From an uncultured Saprospiraceae bacterium (GTDB lineage Bacteria > Bacteroidota > Bacteroidia > Chitinophagales > Saprospiraceae), in the NCBI GenBank assembly GCA_964467425.1, contig CAYXQH010000001.1, positions 1 to 41,427 of the forward strand: a DNA stretch of 41,427 nucleotides. Reading direction: 5' to 3'. A model generated the notes under the pieces. It did no database searches and was not told the origin of the DNA. It worked only from the letters and a program-made list of their open reading frames with translations. Of the stretch, positions 1-8,335 are shown piece after piece (position 1 is the stretch's first letter; each line of letters opens with the position of its first letter). A program made the translations under genes and the position numbers.

Positions 1-581
1 CCATTTCCAAAATAAGTACCTAATCGAAATTTATCCTGTAATAAAAAAGGAGGAAGTGCACCACCTTTGGAAGAAAGAACAATCCCCACGCGTATGACAG
101 CAAGGCGGCTTGGAAGTGCTTTTAATTCTTGAATAGCATTCTCCCAGGCAATAGTACATTCTGCTAAAAAACCAGATTGACCTGGTGCGGAAGTTTCATC
201 TAATCGCTCTTCACCACGGTCGCCATAATAGCCAATTGCTGAAGCTGCGATGATAGCTTTTGGTGGTTTATCTAATTGCTCAACAGCTTGCTTTAATAAT
301 AAAGTACTTTTAGTACGACTGTCAATAATGACTTTTTTGCGATCTTTTGTCCAACGCTTATCGACAATTCCTGCACCAGCAAGATTTATAATATAGTTTG
401 CCTGAGCAACGGCATCCATATCTATTTCGTTTTTATTCAGATTCCAGGCATATTTAGGAAAAGGAGCTGCTAGGTTTTTTTTGCGACTGAGATGTAATAC
501 TTGATGACCTTGTTGACGTAGTAAATTACTAAGTCTGGTTCCAATAAGTCCAGTTCCACCTCCAATAAGAATTGTCGACAT
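1..581 (-). CDS. TIGR01777/YfcH-like NAD-dependent epimerase (SDR superfamily). Only the N-terminal ~193 codons are present; the C-terminus lies beyond the window edge.
   Basis: Absent from the ORF track because it runs off the window. The reverse complement of 579-581 is ATG. I translated the frame by hand to position 1 without a stop: MSTILIGGGTGLIGTRLSNLLRQQGHQVLHLSRKKNLAAPFPKYAWNLNKNEIDMDAVAQANYIINLAGAGIVDKRWTKDRKKVIIDSRTKST...AASAIGYYGDRGEERLDETSAPGQSGFLAECTIAWENA... The GGxGxxG Rossmann motif, INLAG..I...RWT and YYGDRG are typical of the YfcH-type family. Confidence 0.75.
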   Translation of the reverse strand, partial: MSTILIGGGTGLIGTRLSNLLRQQGHQVLHLSRKKNLAAPFPKYAWNLNKNEIDMDAVAQANYIINLAGAGIVDKRWTKDRKKVIIDSRTKSTLLLKQAVEQLDKPPKAIIAASAIGYYGDRGEERLDETSAPGQSGFLAECTIAWENAIQELKALPSRLAVIRVGIVLSSKGGALPPFLLQDKFRLGTYFGN

Positions 582-646
582 AATCTCTTTGTTTGAAAAT
601 ATAACAAGGCTTTGCCTTTTCGGTTTATAAATATGTATTTTTATTT

Positions 647-2401
647 ATGAAAATATTAAGCATGAAGATCGCGCCTCTTTTTTTCATACTCTTATTCTTG
701 TTTTCCTGTAAAGGTGATCCATCTCGTCAATCAAAAAATATCGTAAATATTAGACTAGAAGGAGAACCTGCCCAATTGAATCCCATCCTAAGTACTTCAG
801 GACATGCGAAACAAGTGGAATGGCAAATTTTCATGCCCTTATTGCAATACGATGCTCAAACCTTTGAGCTATATCCTGTTCTTGCAAAAGCCAGACCTGA
901 AATTACTAAAATTAAAAATGGAATTTACCAGGGTGGAAGAGCCTATACCTTTGAAATTAGAAAAGAGGCTTCCTGGGATGATGGAAAAACGGTCTCCGCA
1001 TCAGATGTTGTGTTTACGCTCAAATCTTTTTTACATCCAAATATTAGTCATCCGGGCTTACGTTCTTTTTTGGGTTTTATAAAAGAAATTGAAATAGATC
1101 ATCCAAAACGATTTACTGTTTATACAGATCAGGCATTGAATCTTGCAGAAGAAGTCATCGGAACGATGGCTATTTATCCGAAGCATATTTATGATCCGGA
1201 TGGATTATTAGATCCATTTTCTTTCGAAGACTTTGTAAACCAAAAAGAAATGGAGAACACCACTAAAAGTGAAAATGGCTTGATAAAATTTGCAGAAATT
1301 TTTAAAGATTCAGGATGGGCTAGTGCCGATCAACCGGCAGTAGGATGTGGCCCTTACCAACTAGAGGAGTGGAGACCGGGAGAACGAATAATTTTAAAAA
1401 AGAAAAAAAACTGGTGGGCGGAGCATATTGAAAGTAAGCATCAATCTTTTGCAAATTATCCGGAAGAATTAAATTATCAGTTTATTGTAGATGATGCCAC
1501 CTTACTTTCTTTGATCAAGGAGGAGAAAGTCGATGTTGCAGCATCTATAGATCCCGTAGTTTTTGAGACTGCAAAGAAGAGCACTTTTTTACAAGAACGA
1601 TTTTCATTTGAAACAGCAAATGCGTCCAATTATTATTTTATTGCATTCCATACGAAAGATCCTAAATTATCAGATGTGAGAACCAGACTAGCGATCAGTC
1701 AACTGGTACCAACTCAGGAGCTTATTCGCTTGTCAATGTTAGGCTATGGAAGTAGAATAGTCGGTCCCATTCTACCAGGCAAATCCTATTATCATAAAAA
1801 CCTTTCACCAATAAATGTTGATCTTGAAAATGCCAAGCAATTACTAAAAGAGGTCGGCTGGAATGATAAAAATCAAGATGGTATATTAGAAAAGCAAATT
1901 AATGGACTGGCTACTGATTTTCAATTGAAATATAAATATTCAGCAAAAAATAAAATTGCTGAAAAGGCTGGAATCCTACTAAAAGATAATGCACAAAAGG
2001 TTGGAGTTGATATTCAATTAATACCTTTGGAGCGTAAAAGATTAGTCGAAGATACCAGGAAAAGAGATTTTGATTTGTATTGTTCTCAATGGTCACAAAG
2101 GCCTGGGCTGGATGATCTTTCTTCCATTTGGCATACGAAAAATGATACGCCAAGGGGCTACAATAAGTCCGGATTTGGAACACCAGTAACAGATGCGCTG
2201 ATTGATTCAATTAATGTTGAACTTGATGAAGTAAAACGGACGGCACTCTATTATAAGATTCAAGAAACTATTTATGAAGAACAACCTTATGTATTTCTTT
2301 TTGTTCCCAAACAACGAATTATCCTTCATAAACGGTTTGAGGCTGCTGCACAAAATTTACGTCCAGGCTTTTTCGAAAATACATTTCATCTTGCCAAATA
2401 G
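647..2401 (+). CDS. ABC transporter substrate-binding lipoprotein, family 5 (peptide/nickel, OppA/DppA-like)
   Basis: 584-aa ORF with a lipoprotein-type signal (LFLFSC). Family-5 style motifs GCGPYQLEEW, KNWW, DTPRGYNKSGFG and YEEQPYVFLF are shared with the paralogue downstream. Confidence 0.85.
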   Translation: MKILSMKIAPLFFILLFLFSCKGDPSRQSKNIVNIRLEGEPAQLNPILSTSGHAKQVEWQIFMPLLQYDAQTFELYPVLAKARPEITKIKNGIYQGGRAYTFEIRKEASWDDGKTVSASDVVFTLKSFLHPNISHPGLRSFLGFIKEIEIDHPKRFTVYTDQALNLAEEVIGTMAIYPKHIYDPDGLLDPFSFEDFVNQKEMENTTKSENGLIKFAEIFKDSGWASADQPAVGCGPYQLEEWRPGERIILKKKKNWWAEHIESKHQSFANYPEELNYQFIVDDATLLSLIKEEKVDVAASIDPVVFETAKKSTFLQERFSFETANASNYYFIAFHTKDPKLSDVRTRLAISQLVPTQELIRLSMLGYGSRIVGPILPGKSYYHKNLSPINVDLENAKQLLKEVGWNDKNQDGILEKQINGLATDFQLKYKYSAKNKIAEKAGILLKDNAQKVGVDIQLIPLERKRLVEDTRKRDFDLYCSQWSQRPGLDDLSSIWHTKNDTPRGYNKSGFGTPVTDALIDSINVELDEVKRTALYYKIQETIYEEQPYVFLFVPKQRIILHKRFEAAAQNLRPGFFENTFHLAK

Positions 2402-2507
2402 AATTCAATAAAAAACGCAGAATAATCCTTATATTTGAAATAGAGAATAAATTTCCATTCTATTGTTATAATATTCTTGTCTAATTCTAAAAACCGAGCT
2501 TGATTCC

Positions 2508-4298
2508 ATGTACTTTAAATATTACAATCTCATGAAAAACAATATTCTTGTTTTAGTTTTGTTTTGCCTATCAATTATTTTAATCAATTCCTGCAAAACA
2601 GACTCTGTTCCCTCTAATGACACACCAGCTATATCCACAAATACCACCGTTTCGATGCGGATTAGAGGAGAGCCTATTTCTTTGAACCCCATGCTTACAA
2701 CAATGAGTTGGGATTTACGAATTTGTGCAGCAATGTATCCAACACTTTTAGATTACGATCCCTTTACCTTGAAAATCACTCCCGTATTGGTGAAAGATAG
2801 ACCAGTGATCAAAGTAATTGAAGAAGGCGATAGAAAAGGTTGGACGACCTATAGCTATGAATTATTAGATGAAGCCGTTTGGGATGATGGCTCTCCTGTG
2901 ACTGCAAAGGATTATATTTATACTTTAAAAACCTTGTTTAATCCGCATGTTGCTGCAGCTCCATATCGAGGATATTTAGATTTAATTAAAGATGCAACGG
3001 CAGATCCTTCAAACCCTAAAAAATTTACAGTTTATACAGATACAAAGTACATCAAAGCTGAATATGCAACTGGCTTGTTTATTTATCCTCAATATAAATT
3101 TGATCCTGAAAAGGTAATGGATAATTACACACTCAATGATATTCGAAATTCAGAATTGGCAGAGCAACACAAAAATGATGAGCGCTTGAAAGGCTATGGA
3201 GAAGTGTTTAATAAAATGATTCGAGATAAAGATGTAGTGGGTGGCTGTGGTCCTTATAAATTAGAAGAATGGGTGACCAATGAACGTGTCGTTCTAACTA
3301 AAAAGGAAAATTGGTGGGGAGATAATTTAGCAGCGGACTATACGATGTTAACCGCTCGTCCTAGGCAATTAATATTTCGTCCGATAGCTGATGCGACAAC
3401 AGCGTTATCTATTTTGAAAAATGGAGACCTGGATGTAGTTGGAAGTATTCCGGATAGTCAGTTTGATGAATTTAAAAATAGTACGATTGGACAAGAATCG
3501 TTTAATTTCGAAACACCGTATATGTTCGGTATTAACTATTATGGCTTCAATACAAAAAATCCAAAGCTTTCTGATAAACGTGTTCGCCGAGCAATTAGCC
3601 ATTTAGTAGATATTGATGAAATAATTAAAACGGTAAAACGAGGTTATGCAGCACCAGTTGCGACACCTTTCCATCCATTGCGAGATTATTATCATAAAGG
3701 ATTAGAACCTATCAAGCTCGATATAGAAAAAGCAAAAACCTTATTGTCGGAGGCTGGATGGACAGATTCAAATAATAATGGGACGGTCGATAAAAATATT
3801 AATGGAGTTGTTACTGAAATGGAGTTAGATTTATTGATTACTCCAAATAATAAAAACAGTACAGACATGGGTTTGATTTTTCAAAATGAAGCGAAAAAAG
3901 CTGGTGTTCAGATCAATATTGTTGAAAAGGCAAACAAAGCCTTGGCCGCTCAATTGAGAACAAGAGAATTTGACCTTTTTGCAAGAGCCATTGGTAGCGA
4001 AGTTAGTGGTGATGACCCTAAACAATATTGGCATACGTCTAGTGATACACCAAGAGGTTATAATCGAGTCGGATTCGGAAATGCTGAAACAGATGCATTG
4101 ATTGATGCCATTCGTACGGAACTCGATAAAACGAAAAGAGACGAATTGTATAAAAAGTTTCAGGAAGTCGTTTATGATGAACAACCGTATGTGTTTTTGT
4201 ATACAAGCCAAGATTTAATCGCTATCAACAAACGATTTCAAGGGGTTGAAACGACCATTAAATCACCGAGAATTTTCCCGGTTTATTGGTATGAATAA
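2508..4298 (+). CDS. Second ABC transporter substrate-binding lipoprotein, family 5 (paralogue of 647-2401)
   Basis: 596-aa ORF with signal/lipobox LINSC. Motifs GCGPYKLEEW, ENWW, DTPRGYNRVGFG and YDEQPYVFLY. The start could also be the ATG at 2532 (MKNNILV...). Confidence 0.85.
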   Translation: MYFKYYNLMKNNILVLVLFCLSIILINSCKTDSVPSNDTPAISTNTTVSMRIRGEPISLNPMLTTMSWDLRICAAMYPTLLDYDPFTLKITPVLVKDRPVIKVIEEGDRKGWTTYSYELLDEAVWDDGSPVTAKDYIYTLKTLFNPHVAAAPYRGYLDLIKDATADPSNPKKFTVYTDTKYIKAEYATGLFIYPQYKFDPEKVMDNYTLNDIRNSELAEQHKNDERLKGYGEVFNKMIRDKDVVGGCGPYKLEEWVTNERVVLTKKENWWGDNLAADYTMLTARPRQLIFRPIADATTALSILKNGDLDVVGSIPDSQFDEFKNSTIGQESFNFETPYMFGINYYGFNTKNPKLSDKRVRRAISHLVDIDEIIKTVKRGYAAPVATPFHPLRDYYHKGLEPIKLDIEKAKTLLSEAGWTDSNNNGTVDKNINGVVTEMELDLLITPNNKNSTDMGLIFQNEAKKAGVQINIVEKANKALAAQLRTREFDLFARAIGSEVSGDDPKQYWHTSSDTPRGYNRVGFGNAETDALIDAIRTELDKTKRDELYKKFQEVVYDEQPYVFLYTSQDLIAINKRFQGVETTIKSPRIFPVYWYE

Positions 4299-4306
4299 GC
4301 CTGTGT

Positions 4307-5716
4307 ATGTTTAGATATATTCTAAAAAGAATATTCATATTCATACCTACCTTATTTGCAATATCATTAATTGCGTTTTGGTTAGGTAAAATAGCACCAG
4401 GGGATCCGGTAGAAACTTGCCGGGGTGCTGGTGGTGAATCAGAGTTCGTCATGACTTCTGATGCCTATGAGGAAATCTATGAAGAAATGGGTTTGAATAA
4501 ACCTATGTTTTACTTTGCTTTAAGTACAGCAGCCTACCCGGATACCCTCCATAAAATTCCAGGACGTTATCGTCAAAAAAGCCTTTCCAAATTAATTGAC
4601 CAATACGGCAATTGGGATGATATCCAAGTCTTTAAGATGAAGACAGAATTGTTTTCAAAAGCGGTATCCAATACGCCGGAAGGTCTTGATCAAAATAATA
4701 AAATTGCATTAAGGAGAGCTAGTTCAAGATTGCTGGAAGAATATAAAGATGTGAAAATTAATAGCCATCTCAAGGTTATAGAATCCACCGTTTTTGAATC
4801 AAAAGATTCACTCACCCAACTACATTTTAAAGAACTATCTCGGGAATTAATTGCAAGCTATGCAGACGTGAAAAATAAATCTTCGAGGGTCAAACAATTT
4901 ATTCCAGATTTTAAATGGTATGGATTTGATAATCAATACCATGCTTGGTGGACAAATTTTATAAAAGGTGATTTTGGAATGTCTTGTCTAGGAGGTCAGT
5001 CTGTCATCGAACGAATCAAAACGCCTATTTTCTGGACACTGATCATCAATTTAATTGTTATTGTTCTGGTGTATATTTTAGCGATTCCGCTAGGTGTTTT
5101 CTCCGCAGTAAAAAAAGATTCCTTTATTGATAAAACAATTAGTCTTGGATTATTTATGCTCTATTCCTTGCCGACCTTTTGGATCGGAACAATGCTATTG
5201 GTCTTTTTTACCAATCCGGAATATGGCATGAATTGGTTTGAAGGTGCGGGGCTAGGTGACCTGCCTTCCAGTGCGCCGTTTTGGGATCGATTCTGGGAAA
5301 CAGCAAGACATCTAATTTTGCCAGTATTCTGTTTGACCTATGGTTCATTAGCTTTTATGTCTCGGCAAATGCGAGGAGGCTTACTAGAAGTTTTAAATCA
5401 GGATTACATCAGAACAGCTAAAGCTAAAGGTTTAAATAACAATCAAGTACTTTGGAAACACGCTTTTAGAAATGCGCTGTTTCCAATGATTACCATTTTT
5501 GCAGTGGTCTTTCCTGCTGCTGTTACAGGCTCAGTAGTGATTGAAGTAATTTTTAATTTACCGGGAATGGGAAGAGAGGTGGTTCGTGCGATTGAGTCGA
5601 AGGACTGGCCGGTGTTATATACAATCTTAATGTTAGTGGCTATATTAACCATGCTCGGAAATTTAGTGGCAGATATATTATTTGCCTGGGCTGATCCCAG
5701 AGTGAAGTTTAAATAA
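4307..5716 (+). CDS. ABC transporter permease, DppB/OppB-like, with a large extracytoplasmic insert
   Basis: 469 aa. TM1 is IFIFIPTLFAISLIAFWL, followed by a ~200-aa hydrophilic segment and then the multi-TM core with the EAA-type loop YIRTAKAKGLNNNQVLWKHAFRNAL. It starts 8 nt after the SBP stop. Confidence 0.85.
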   Translation: MFRYILKRIFIFIPTLFAISLIAFWLGKIAPGDPVETCRGAGGESEFVMTSDAYEEIYEEMGLNKPMFYFALSTAAYPDTLHKIPGRYRQKSLSKLIDQYGNWDDIQVFKMKTELFSKAVSNTPEGLDQNNKIALRRASSRLLEEYKDVKINSHLKVIESTVFESKDSLTQLHFKELSRELIASYADVKNKSSRVKQFIPDFKWYGFDNQYHAWWTNFIKGDFGMSCLGGQSVIERIKTPIFWTLIINLIVIVLVYILAIPLGVFSAVKKDSFIDKTISLGLFMLYSLPTFWIGTMLLVFFTNPEYGMNWFEGAGLGDLPSSAPFWDRFWETARHLILPVFCLTYGSLAFMSRQMRGGLLEVLNQDYIRTAKAKGLNNNQVLWKHAFRNALFPMITIFAVVFPAAVTGSVVIEVIFNLPGMGREVVRAIESKDWPVLYTILMLVAILTMLGNLVADILFAWADPRVKFK

Positions 5717-5718
5717 AA

Positions 5719-5731
5719 CAGGTAGACAGGT
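5719..5731 (+). repeat. 13-mer CAGGTAGACAGGT, copy 1 (2 nt after the permease-1 stop codon)
   Basis: Exact identity with 17534-17546. It contains an internal direct repeat, CAGGT-AGA-CAGGT. Confidence 0.6.
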
Positions 5732-5756
5732 GACCGATTCTATAGATTAATAATTT

Positions 5757-7094
5757 ATGATGCTTTTCGGAAAAAGACAAAAAGTAGAAAAGGCGTTAGA
5801 GCGTAGCAAAGATCGATCTTCGATCCCCGCTCGACTGCGCAGCGGGCGAGAGTCTTATGGTGCTATGGTGAAAAGGCAATTTCGAAAAAACCGATTAGCA
5901 ATTTGGGCTATGAGAATTTTATACGGCTTGATTTTTATTGCTGTATTTGGTGATATGATTGCGAATGAAAAACCGCTTTATTGTAAAATTGAAGGGCAAA
6001 CATATTTTCCGGTTTTTAGACAATACCTTGTTGATCTTGGTTTGGCAAAATGGGATGCCCGATTTATTAATAACGATTGGGCCAGCCAGAATTATGATTC
6101 CGTTATTTATCCTCTAATTCCATACTCTGCTTTGACCTTAGATATTCGGAATAGCAGAAAAGGGCCGTTTGATGATCAGGAGATTGAATCGAATCGTTTT
6201 CGACATTGGTTTGGGACAGATGGTGTAGGAAGGGATGTTGCAGCAGGTATGATAAGAGGAACTCGGATTGCCTTAATGGTCGGTTTGATTTCAATGGGGA
6301 TTGCTTCCATAATAGGATTATTTTTTGGTGGACTTGCTGGTTATTTTGGAGATGATAAATTAAAAGTGAGTAGGGTAGGTCTGGTACTTTATATTGTAGG
6401 AATTATTTTAGGAGTTTTTTACGGATTTACAGCTCGCTCCTATCAAATTACTGAAGTAAATATTTTCTGGGGATTGTTGAGCGGGTTTTTTATTTTCCTA
6501 TTAATAATGACGCTTACCTATTTTATTGTGAAAACCATTAATCGCATTTTTCCAACAATAAAAAAAATATCCTTGCCTGTCGATATATTAGTGATGCGAC
6601 TAATCGAAGTGATGAATTCTATTCCTGGTCTAGTATTTCTATTAGCCTTATTAGCGATTATAGAAAAATCAACGATTACAAGTGTCATGATAATTATTGG
6701 ATTAATTGGCTGGACAGGGATAGCCCGATTCGTTCGTTCCGAATTGCTGAGAGTCCGATCACTGGATTTTATTGAAGCGGCTCGATCTCTTGGCTTGAGT
6801 GACTTCCGGATTTTATGGAGACATGCCCTTCCCAATGCATTGACACCAATTTTGATTTCTATATCTTTTGGTGTTGCCGGAGCTATTCTGACAGAAGCTT
6901 TTTTATCCTTTTTAGGAATTGGAATTCCAACAGAAGAGGTGACTTGGGGAAGATTACTTTATTATTCGAGATCAAACATGAGTGCATGGTGGCTGGCAAT
7001 CTTTCCGGGCTTTGCTATATTTATAACAATTACCCTTTTCAATTTGATTGGTGAAGGACTTACCGATGCTCTAAATCCTAAACAAAAACAGTAA
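5757..7094 (+). CDS. ABC transporter permease, DppC/OppC-like
   Basis: EAA-type loop FIEAARSLGLSDFRILWRHALPNAL and multiple TM helices. The start is uncertain. ATG 5865 gives MVKRQFRKNRLAIWAMRI..., the usual OppC-type N-terminus. The ATG 5757 extension covers a GC-rich hairpin-containing stretch. Confidence 0.8.
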   Translation: MMLFGKRQKVEKALERSKDRSSIPARLRSGRESYGAMVKRQFRKNRLAIWAMRILYGLIFIAVFGDMIANEKPLYCKIEGQTYFPVFRQYLVDLGLAKWDARFINNDWASQNYDSVIYPLIPYSALTLDIRNSRKGPFDDQEIESNRFRHWFGTDGVGRDVAAGMIRGTRIALMVGLISMGIASIIGLFFGGLAGYFGDDKLKVSRVGLVLYIVGIILGVFYGFTARSYQITEVNIFWGLLSGFFIFLLIMTLTYFIVKTINRIFPTIKKISLPVDILVMRLIEVMNSIPGLVFLLALLAIIEKSTITSVMIIIGLIGWTGIARFVRSELLRVRSLDFIEAARSLGLSDFRILWRHALPNALTPILISISFGVAGAILTEAFLSFLGIGIPTEEVTWGRLLYYSRSNMSAWWLAIFPGFAIFITITLFNLIGEGLTDALNPKQKQ

Positions 7095-7237
7095 TATTAG
7101 GCTTTAAAAACAAAAAAATGTTTTTTTAGTATTAAATATAAACAAAAAGTTTATATTTGCAGTGGAGTATACAGACAGGAAAGAAGTGGGAACTATTTAT
7201 TTCAAAAAAGACAAAGTTTAAAAATAATAAAAGAGCC

Positions 7238-7444
7238 TTATTTACCTTTTCTTTTTTTCTTTTTCATGTTCTTTGGAAATAAACTAGATTTGCCACGTTT
7301 TGTCTTAAGATTGCCTTTTCGATCCGTCTTTACATGAGCATTTTCATTGATTGGGCAACCTGTTTTATTACTGCCACAAGAACTGAAAGAGGCTGAAAGC
7401 ACGATAATAATGGCGAAAAAGAAGTATTTATAGCTATTTTTCAT
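7238..7444 (-). CDS. Small basic lipoprotein, hypothetical
   Basis: 68-aa ORF with signal peptide + lipobox (LSASFSSC) and then a Lys/Arg-rich tail ending KKKKRKGK. There is no family assignment, and the coding status rests only on the signal-peptide logic. Confidence 0.4.
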   Translation of the reverse strand: MKNSYKYFFFAIIIVLSASFSSCGSNKTGCPINENAHVKTDRKGNLKTKRGKSSLFPKNMKKKKRKGK

Positions 7445-7623
7445 GAAGAAATATTATGGTTTTTTTAAAAAAAAGACCTTTAAATGTAAACATAACTGAA
7501 ATTTCCCGTAGAAACAATTCAAATAGAGGTCTAAACCTCTTGAGAAATAACGCTGAATTTTGTGCTAATTGGCTCTTCAGCTGTTTCTTTAACTGAAATT
7601 TTTGTTTTCAAACCTTTAGCACA

Positions 7624-7631
7624 TAAATTTG
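7624..7631 (+). promoter_or_regulatory. Bacteroidota-type -7 promoter box TAAATTTG upstream of the HU gene
   Basis: Matches the TAnnTTTG consensus and lies 24-30 nt upstream of the two candidate ATGs. It is embedded in the imperfect inverted repeat GCACA-N6-TGTGC (7619-7634). Confidence 0.4.
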
Positions 7632-7661
7632 TGCCAATTTAAAATCTTAAAAATTATGAAA

Positions 7662-7934
7662 ATGAACAAAGGAGATTTAATCAACAAAATAGCAGAAGAT
7701 GCTAACCTTACTAAAAGTCAAGCAACTGAAGCACTTAACTGTGTTTTAAATTGTGTTCAAGATTCTTTAAAGGATGGAGATAAAGTATCTATCGTTGGAT
7801 TTGGAACATTCACTTGCACTCGTAGAGAAGCTAGAATGGGGCGTAATCCTCAAACTGGTGCTTCTATCCAAATCGCTGCTAAAAATGTTGTTAAATTCAA
7901 GCCTGGTAAAGAATTGGTTGAAAGCGTAAACTAA
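7662..7934 (+). CDS. hup: HU family DNA-binding protein
   Basis: MNKGDLINKIAEDANLTKSQATEALNCVL...VSIVGFGTFTCTRREARMGRNPQTGASIQIAAKNVVKFKPGKEL is a classical 90-aa HU/IHF fold sequence with the RNPQTG arm. The track ORF starts at TTG 7629. The ATGs at 7656 and 7662 are more plausible. Confidence 0.9.
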   Translation: MNKGDLINKIAEDANLTKSQATEALNCVLNCVQDSLKDGDKVSIVGFGTFTCTRREARMGRNPQTGASIQIAAKNVVKFKPGKELVESVN

Positions 7935-7962
7935 GCTCTACCAAAATAATAACCGTAAACGC

Positions 7963-8006
7963 AAAATGGGCAATGTAGCTAAGCTATGTTGCCCATTTTT
8001 TATTTT
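7963..8006 (+). terminator. Rho-independent terminator of the HU gene
   Basis: AAAATGGGCAA (7963-7973) pairs with TTGCCCATTTT (7989-7999), with extra inner pairing, and is followed by a T-run. Confidence 0.75.
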
Positions 8007-8042
8007 GATACTGCTCCAAATTTCCAAACTTGCAGTGTTCGT

Positions 8043-8115
8043 TATAGCTTCTTGCGGAAAGCAAAGAGCTATACTTCCCGGAAATCATTTAAAATGGTTT
8101 CCGGGCTTTTATTTT
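8043..8115 (+). terminator. Two further stem-loops, the second terminator-like
   Basis: Hairpin 1 is 8043-8055 / 8061-8073 (13 positions: 11 WC, 1 GU, 1 mismatch). Hairpin 2 is CCCGGAAA 8077-8084 / TTTCCGGG 8098-8105, followed by CTTTTATTTT. Confidence 0.4.
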
Positions 8116-8335
8116 CTACCGACATGTCCTTAATCCTACCTCAATTTTCTTACTTTTGTATCGATTTGAAAACACTTAGTGCCAAACTAAAATTACTTAT
8201 ATAATAAATTGTCCCGAAGAAATTTCATAAGTATTTGATCCCGATAGCTATCAGGAGAGATTACGTTGAAGTATCTGAGCGGACTTTAAAAATTTATTAT
8301 ATAAATTTTTTTGGCTTACTACTTAAATAAATATT

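Noticed and set aside
475-482. Suspected frameshift in the T8 homopolymer inside the YfcH-like gene
   Set aside because: Careful retranslation of the minus strand from ATG 581 to position 1 gives one uninterrupted frame (…LSRKKNLAAPF…). The gene is simply truncated by the window edge.
7152-7159. Perfect TATATTTG -7 box with no downstream plus-strand gene
   Set aside because: TAnnTTTG is expected by chance many times in AT-rich DNA. No structured RNA or ORF follows it, and it faces the 3' end of a minus-strand ORF.
7986-8204. 72-aa ORF in the track
   Set aside because: It starts inside the HU terminator stem and runs through two further hairpins. It has no recognisable domain, signal or promoter logic, so it is most likely non-coding.
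8159-8335. TPP riboswitch in the possible long leader of the transketolase genes
   Set aside because: Only a CTGAGC fragment is present. The conserved TPP-aptamer elements (GGGGTGC..CTGAGA..ACCCTT..AACCTGATCTGGATAATGCCAGCG-like) are absent. The 10-bp palindrome GATAGCTATC (8243-8252) is not statistically remarkable in 41 kb.
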